Source of the DNA: Spirochaetaceae bacterium
Lineage (GTDB): Bacteria; Myxococcota_A; UBA9160; UBA4427
Direction of reading: 5' to 3'
Length of the DNA: 64,000 nucleotides
Assembly (NCBI GenBank): GCA_020632655.1
Contig: JACKFD010000009.1
Location: forward strand, 6,945-70,944
Positions 59,039 through 64,000 of the stretch are shown in pieces. Every line of letters begins with the position of its first letter. The stretch's first letter is position 1. The translations under genes and the position numbers were made by a program. Below the pieces are notes generated by a model. The model did no database searches. It was not told where the DNA came from and was given only the letters and a program-made list of their open reading frames with translations.

Positions 59039-61447
59039 ATGGAAGCGCGCTCCCGCCGCCACCCCGCCTCCCGGGCCGAGTCGACCCGGCGCACGAGCCC
59101 GCGAGCCGTCGTGCTCGGACTCGCGGTCCTCGCGCTCGCGGCCTGCGAGTCCGACGGCGAACGGGTCGAGGCGGTCGCCTTCCCGACCGGCCCCTCTGGT
59201 CGCCTCGAGATCGAGTACCCCCTCGACGAGACCCTCTTCCCGCCCGAGATCGTCGCGCCCACCCTCGTCTGGCGGGACGAGACAGAGGGCGTCGAAGCCT
59301 GGCAGGTGCTGATCCGCCTGGACCCCTCCGAGGCGCCGCTGCGCTTCGAGAGCGCTGCACCGCGCTTCCGTCCGTCCGAGGCCGACTGGCAGGAGATCAA
59401 GCGCCGATCCGTCGCCCGCGACGCGGAGATCGCCGTCGTCGGCGTGGGCGCCGACCGCGAGCCTCGCTCGTCGGGCATGGCTCGCATCCGCACGTCGACC
59501 GACCCCGTCGGCGACTCGATCTTCTATCGCGAGGTCCCCCTGCCCTTCATCGACGCCGTGCAGGATCCCTCGCGCATCCGCTGGCGCTTCGGCTCGATCG
59601 ACTCCGAGGCGCGTCCGCCGATCGTGCTCGAGGACCTCCCGGTCTGCGGCAACTGCCACTCCTTCGCGGGTGACGGGAGCGTCCTCGGCCTCGACGTCGA
59701 CTACGGCAACGACAAGGGCGCCTACGCGATCCTGCCCGTGTCGCGCGACATGGTCCTCGACGACGAGCGCATCATCACCTGGAGCGACTACGAGCGCGAG
59801 GACGGCGAGACCACCTTCGGTCTGCTCTCCCAGGTCTCGCCCGACGGGCGCTACGTCGTCAGCACGGTCAAGGACCGCGCCGTCTTCGTCGCCACGCCCG
59901 AGATCGCCTTCTCGCAGCTCTTCTTCCCGATCAAGGGCATCCTCGTCGTCTACGACACGCAGACCGGGACCTACGCCTCCCTGCCCGGCGCGGACGATCC
60001 CGACTACGTCCAGAGCAATCCCACATGGAGCCCCGACGGCGAGTGGATCGTCTTCGCCCGCACGAAGGCCTACCGCAAGCCCTCGATCGAGGCGTCGACG
60101 TCCGTCCTGCTCGACGAGAAGGACGTGCCCGAATTCGTCGATGGCCGGGAGCCCTTCCGCTACGACCTCTACCGCGTGCCGTGGAACGGCGGCCGGGGTG
60201 GCGAGGCGCGACCGATCGCCGGCGCCTCGCAGAATGGGAGGAGCAACTACTTCGCCGAGTTCTCACCCGACGGGAAGTGGATCGTCTTCTGCCAGGCCGA
60301 CAGCTACATGCTGCTCATGCCCGACAGCGAGCTCTTCATCGTCCCCGCCGAGGGCGGTGAGGCGCGCCGGCTGCGTGCCAACACGAAGCTCATGAACTCC
60401 TGGCACAGCTTCGACTCGAACGGACGCTGGCTCGTCTTCTCCTCCAAGGCCAACACGCCCTACACACAGCTCTTCCTCACGCACATCGACGAGCAAGGCG
60501 AATCGACGCCCCCCGTCCTGCTCGAGCGCTTCACCGCCGAGGACCGCGCCGCCAACATCCCGGAGTTCGTGCCCCTCGAAGCCTCGGCCATCGCGAAGAT
60601 CGACGAGCGCTTCCTCGACGCCTACTCCTTCCTTCGCGCCGGGATGGCGAACGAGAGGACGGGCAACTACCCGGGCGCCGTCCGCGCCTACGAGCGGGGC
60701 CTGGCCGTCGAGCCCGAGAACGTCGAGCTCCTGAATGCGCTCGGCTTCTCCTGGTTCCAGCAGGGCGAGAGCGCTCGCGCCGTCGAGGCCTTCGAGAAGG
60801 CCCTCGCCGTCGACCCCGGTCACGCCAAGGCGCACAACAACATGGCCCTCGCCGCGATCGATCTCGGCGAGCTCGAGCTGGCCGAGGCGCATTACCGCGA
60901 GTCCCTCGCGATCGAGCCCCAGCCCGCGATCCTGAACGACCTCGGCTTCGTGCTCGAGCGACAGGGGATGCCCGAGGAGGCGGCGGAGCAGTACCGGGCG
61001 GCGCTCGCGCTCGCACCGGACTCCGCCTCGGCGAACTACAACTACGCGGCGTACCTCACGCGGCAGGGCGAGCTCGCGCTCGCGGAGCGACATTTCCGTG
61101 CGGCGCTCGCGCGGGAGTCGAGCAGCGCGGCGCAGACCGGGCTGGGGGTCGTGCTGCGGCAGACGGGGCGGATGGAGGAGGCGGTCGCGACGCTGCGGGC
61201 GGCGGTCGAGTCGGATCCGGGGAATGCGGCGGCGTACGACCAGCTCGGGACGACGCTTGTGCAGATGGGGAAGCTGCCGGGCGCCGCCGAGACCTATCGC
61301 GCACTCGTTCACGCGCGGCCGAGTCCGGCGGCGCATCGGGAGCTGGCCAACGTCCTGGATCGGCTCGGGCAGACGGAGGAGGCACAGCGGGAGCGCGGGA
61401 CGGCAGAGGCGCTCGAGCGCGCGGATGTCGGCCGGCCGATGCCCTAG
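59039..61447 (+). CDS. Lipoprotein with a TolB-like beta-propeller (PD40 repeats), one CXXCH motif and C-terminal TPR repeats
   Basis: Track ORF 58886..61447, with ATG 59039. The lipobox is 'LAVLALAAC'. Other motifs: 'LPVCGNCHSF', 'SNPTWSPDGEWIVFAR', 'FSPDGKWIVFCQ', and at least five TPR units ('AVRAYERGLAVEPENVELLNALG...'). Confidence 0.8.
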   Translation: MEARSRRHPASRAESTRRTSPRAVVLGLAVLALAACESDGERVEAVAFPTGPSGRLEIEYPLDETLFPPEIVAPTLVWRDETEGVEAWQVLIRLDPSEAPLRFESAAPRFRPSEADWQEIKRRSVARDAEIAVVGVGADREPRSSGMARIRTSTDPVGDSIFYREVPLPFIDAVQDPSRIRWRFGSIDSEARPPIVLEDLPVCGNCHSFAGDGSVLGLDVDYGNDKGAYAILPVSRDMVLDDERIITWSDYEREDGETTFGLLSQVSPDGRYVVSTVKDRAVFVATPEIAFSQLFFPIKGILVVYDTQTGTYASLPGADDPDYVQSNPTWSPDGEWIVFARTKAYRKPSIEASTSVLLDEKDVPEFVDGREPFRYDLYRVPWNGGRGGEARPIAGASQNGRSNYFAEFSPDGKWIVFCQADSYMLLMPDSELFIVPAEGGEARRLRANTKLMNSWHSFDSNGRWLVFSSKANTPYTQLFLTHIDEQGESTPPVLLERFTAEDRAANIPEFVPLEASAIAKIDERFLDAYSFLRAGMANERTGNYPGAVRAYERGLAVEPENVELLNALGFSWFQQGESARAVEAFEKALAVDPGHAKAHNNMALAAIDLGELELAEAHYRESLAIEPQPAILNDLGFVLERQGMPEEAAEQYRAALALAPDSASANYNYAAYLTRQGELALAERHFRAALARESSSAAQTGLGVVLRQTGRMEEAVATLRAAVESDPGNAAAYDQLGTTLVQMGKLPGAAETYRALVHARPSPAAHRELANVLDRLGQTEEAQRERGTAEALERADVGRPMP

Positions 61448-61618
61448 GCGGTGTGGCGCCCCCTTCATGTGGAAGCGGAACGATCACCTCGCGGACCACT
61501 TCGTCGCAGTCGGGAAGAAGCTGACGCCACCGCTTCGAGCCCTCGAGCAGATTTACGGAGTCCAGCTCCACCTGCACGCGGCGAAGAGGCTCGGCAGCGA
61601 CGAGCTGTGGGTGCAGAT

Positions 61619-62566
61619 TCACGGAACGACTGTCCAGATCCTCCTGCTCTCGGTCGGCCTGCAGAACGCCGTTGCCCCCCGCCCGGCCCAGCTGACTGAG
61701 ACGGAGTCGGCCGAGCTGTTCGAGGGGCTTGGTTGGCGCCCGCCGCCTCGCCCTCCTCCCCGGGTCCCGGGCGCCCTCGGCGTCAGAAGCGAAACGATCG
61801 TCGGCGGCGCCGCGGGCGGGAGCATCACGCGCGGGCGCGCCCCGGGGCGGATATGGCCGTCGAGTCGCGCCACGGCGGCGTCGAAGTCGCCTTCGGACTG
61901 ATGAGCTGTGATGAACGAGGCCCTGGTCACCCGGGCGACGATCGCATTCGACTCGTTGCTAGTGGGCGACAACCACCAAAGCGACTCGGGTTCCCCCAGG
62001 TCGAAGAACACGTGGACGCTGCTCGTGACCCACTCTTCGACCAGCTTGCTCGCCGGGGACCACAGCTTCCGAACGGGCTGGTTCGTGATGGCGGGGCTCC
62101 ACTCGGCAAGAGCCTTGTAAAACCGAGGGGCGTCGGTCTTCCGTCGCGTGCCATCCACGACCCAGACCATCCCTCCGTAGAACGCCTCTCGCGATCGCCG
62201 CTCCTCTGGCTTGATGTGGGATTGCTGGATCTCGACCACCCAGCCCTGATCCGTCTTCACGTCCGCGATGCGGGCTTCGCCGTCTCCCTCGTGCCGGACC
62301 TCGTGCCATGGCTCCGGGAAGTGCGCCTTCCACCCCTTGTGCCACTCGGTCTCGGGCTCCCACCAGGGATCGCACGCCCGCATCTTCGCGTGTGCCCAGT
62401 GCCAAAGGTTCTTCGGCCCGCACCGGGCAACCGTAGGTTCCCCGCAGCCAATGCAGGTGCAGTGTAGCCCTTCGCGCAGCGGCTCCCGGCGTCCGTCGCG
62501 ACCAGCGCGATAGGCATCAGCACGGCTCAGCCTCCCGGACCTATTGGTTGCACAATGATGTGCCAT
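61619..62566 (-). CDS. CoiA-like (competence protein CoiA family) putative nuclease
   Basis: 'CIGCGEPTVARCGPKNLWHWAHAK...CDPWWEPETEWHKGWKAHF.......EARIADVKTDQGWVVEIQQSHIKPEERRSREAFYGGMVWVVDG' matches the CoiA pattern (Zn-ribbon, HxxH, E..H..WK, D-x-EIQ-S, then W-V-(V/L)-D). The C-terminal ~70 aa are low-complexity. Confidence 0.7.
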   Translation of the reverse strand: MAHHCATNRSGRLSRADAYRAGRDGRREPLREGLHCTCIGCGEPTVARCGPKNLWHWAHAKMRACDPWWEPETEWHKGWKAHFPEPWHEVRHEGDGEARIADVKTDQGWVVEIQQSHIKPEERRSREAFYGGMVWVVDGTRRKTDAPRFYKALAEWSPAITNQPVRKLWSPASKLVEEWVTSSVHVFFDLGEPESLWWLSPTSNESNAIVARVTRASFITAHQSEGDFDAAVARLDGHIRPGARPRVMLPPAAPPTIVSLLTPRAPGTRGGGRGGGRQPSPSNSSADSVSVSWAGRGATAFCRPTESRRIWTVVP

Positions 62567-62670
62567 AACCGGTCACGAGGCCCTGGACCCTCAGGCTACC
62601 ACCGCGGGCCCGCACGGCGCCCCGATCGTGGTAGGCTGGCGCTGCGGCTCACCCGGAGGATCCCCACTCG

Positions 62671-63408
62671 ATGCTCGTACGTGCCCTGCTTCTGTCGTTA
62701 TTCCTCTCCTCGACCGCTCACGCCGCCACGACCTACAAAGTGCCGTTCACTGTGGTGCCGGGATCGGTCACTTCCACTCCGGCCGGCTACGCGACATCAA
62801 GCACGCCCATTCCTGTATCGTTTCCAGTCTCGGGGCAAGCCGTTGCCGACTCGACAGTCCAGAGGTGCACTGTCGGCCTAGTAAGCGTCGCTCCCGAAAT
62901 TGTGAATGACGGCATCGAGTTCGAGATCGACGGCTATTCGATCGGATCCGGGTGCACGCTCGGCGGTCGCGTCGAGTTCGAGATGGAGATTCAAGTTCCC
63001 GAGCTGGGAGGCACGACGACAAGCGCGCTTCTCGTGTCTACCCCCTTGTCATTCAGTTTCATCGACTACCGTCGAGTACGGGCCGAGATGGTGCGCTTAG
63101 GGACCTGCTGGTCGAGCGCTTCCCCGGAAACGCCTATCCGCACATCCGATAACGCGCCGACGATCCGGTGGGACGGCGACAATCCTGGGCCAATCTCCGA
63201 CCCGACTGAACTAGTTCATTGGATCCCCGGCGACACGATCCGCTTCCCGGTCTCGATCGAAATCAGAATGGACAGCGACGCCACGCACAACGCTCAGGGC
63301 GCGGCACGCGTCCGTTACGAGTACCGCGTGACCGTCCCCGAGCCATCTGCAGCTCTACCGATCGGCGTTCCGACCTTGGCGGGGCTGGCCTCGATGCGTG
63401 GTCGATGA
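62671..63408 (+). CDS. PEP-CTERM sorting-domain protein (exosortase cargo)
   Basis: RBS GGAGGA. The signal is 'MLVRALLLSLFLSSTAHA'. The C-terminus 'VTVPEPSAALPIGVPTLAGLASMRGR' has the PEP motif, a hydrophobic helix and a basic tail. Confidence 0.8.
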   Translation: MLVRALLLSLFLSSTAHAATTYKVPFTVVPGSVTSTPAGYATSSTPIPVSFPVSGQAVADSTVQRCTVGLVSVAPEIVNDGIEFEIDGYSIGSGCTLGGRVEFEMEIQVPELGGTTTSALLVSTPLSFSFIDYRRVRAEMVRLGTCWSSASPETPIRTSDNAPTIRWDGDNPGPISDPTELVHWIPGDTIRFPVSIEIRMDSDATHNAQGAARVRYEYRVTVPEPSAALPIGVPTLAGLASMRGR

Positions 63409-63412
63409 ACCC

Positions 63413-64000
63413 ATGCGTCGCCTACTGATCCCCCTGTTTCTGGCACTCACACTCCCGTCCCTCGCCTTCGCGCAGCCGCTCCCGATCGACCAGACCTGCG
63501 CCGAGGTGACTGGCTGCTTCCCGGGCGACGATCCGGGGTTCCCGGTGACGATCACGCAGCCGGGCGAGTACGTACTTGCGAGCGACCTTTTCAACGACGT
63601 CTCCGCTGGCTGGACGATCGACGCGCTGACCAACGCGGTCGAGATCGACATGGCAGGTCACTTCATCGACGGTTACACGCCACTTGACGTCGCCAATGGA
63701 GTGCGTGGTGGAGCGGTGACTCTTCGGAATGGGAGCTTCCACGGCGTGGGATTCGTGGCGGACGGAGCGGTCCTTGTCGAGGATGTGGTCGCCTCGACTT
63801 GGTATGCGGGCATCTCAAGCCCCAACGATACAGTCTTCCGAAGAGTGCGGCTGATGGGATCGAACGACTACGTCCTCGTCCAGTGTGATCACTGCGACCT
63901 TCAGGACGTCACAATAGTTTCAGATCCAGCCGTCGTAGTTTCAGCGACATCCGCCTCCCTGGAGCGGGTGAGCATTTCCGCCAACACGAGGATGACGGTC
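63413..64000 (+). CDS. Partial CDS (N-terminal 196 codons, runs off the right edge): secreted protein, possibly beta-helix-like
   Basis: Absent from the ORF track because it has no stop in the window. The ATG lies 5 nt after the upstream stop. My translation: 'MRRLLIPLFLALTLPSLAFAQPLPIDQTCAEVTGCFPGDDPGFPVTITQPGEYVLASDLFND...VEIDMAGHFIDG...VTLRNGSFHGVGF...'. It is stop-free to nt 64000. Confidence 0.6.
   Translation, partial: MRRLLIPLFLALTLPSLAFAQPLPIDQTCAEVTGCFPGDDPGFPVTITQPGEYVLASDLFNDVSAGWTIDALTNAVEIDMAGHFIDGYTPLDVANGVRGGAVTLRNGSFHGVGFVADGAVLVEDVVASTWYAGISSPNDTVFRRVRLMGSNDYVLVQCDHCDLQDVTIVSDPAVVVSATSASLERVSISANTRMTV

Noticed and set aside
61056-61622. 188-aa minus-strand ORF whose GTG overlaps the CoiA-like stop (GTGA), suggesting translational coupling
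   Set aside because: The first ~55 residues look protein-like. After that the ORF runs about 390 nt antisense into the 3' end of the TPR lipoprotein gene, and the translation becomes Pro/Arg/Ala junk. At most it is a remnant, so I did not call it as a gene.
1-64000. Window-wide scan for tRNA, rRNA, CRISPR arrays, IS elements and integrases
   Set aside because: I found no T-arm-like GGTTCGAATCC/GTTCGA contexts with matching stems, no rRNA-like conserved blocks, no regularly spaced direct repeats, and no transposase or integrase-like translations. This was done by eye, so tRNAscan-SE, Infernal, CRISPRCasFinder and ISEScan should confirm it.

Overview
High-G+C bacterial chromosomal segment. Hand-counted 60-nt lines are mostly about 70-78% G+C. 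It is densely coded on both strands. The content (FYDLN_acid protein, PEP-CTERM/exosortase-associated parts, a DUF2378-like sensor, many amidohydrolase/LLM/VOC enzymes) fits a Myxococcota or delta-proteobacteria-like lineage, but that placement is inference only.

I support about 60 protein-coding genes.
- Housekeeping string on the minus strand: mutL, miaA, der and a yfgM-like gene.
- An Slt70-like murein transglycosylase.
- An FHA / polysaccharide-export / ExeA-like ATPase module.
- A carbamoyltransferase / SxtJ / DUF5989 triad.
- A BKACE / D-aminoacylase / LLM-oxidoreductase group.
- An orphan alpha-oxoamine synthase next to a soluble sensor-like protein.
- A translationally coupled operon: M20 amidohydrolase, isochorismatase-like amidase, SSS transporter with a 40-aa accessory peptide, ATCase-like enzyme and AsnB-like enzyme.
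- A PAS hybrid histidine kinase followed by a hemerythrin.
- Three amidohydrolase_2 paralogs, two of them in tandem next to a TetR gene.
- An SDR / sulfotransferase / methyltransferase / triple-RidA (chorismatase-like) / secreted beta-helix group.
- A TolB-like/TPR lipoprotein carrying a CXXCH motif.
- From about 61.45 kb, a visibly lower-G+C segment with a CoiA-like nuclease, a PEP-CTERM cargo protein and a further secreted protein.

Two CDSs are missing from the supplied ORF track because they run off the window edges: 1..448 (-) and 63413..64000 (+). I found no rRNA, tRNA, CRISPR array, transposase or integrase.

Most long ORFs in the track are antisense or out-of-frame shadow ORFs (Arg/Pro/Gly/Ala-rich), which is typical of high-G+C DNA, and I rejected them.

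All family assignments come from my own reading of motifs. No database search was run. Start codons are often uncertain; stop codons are firm.
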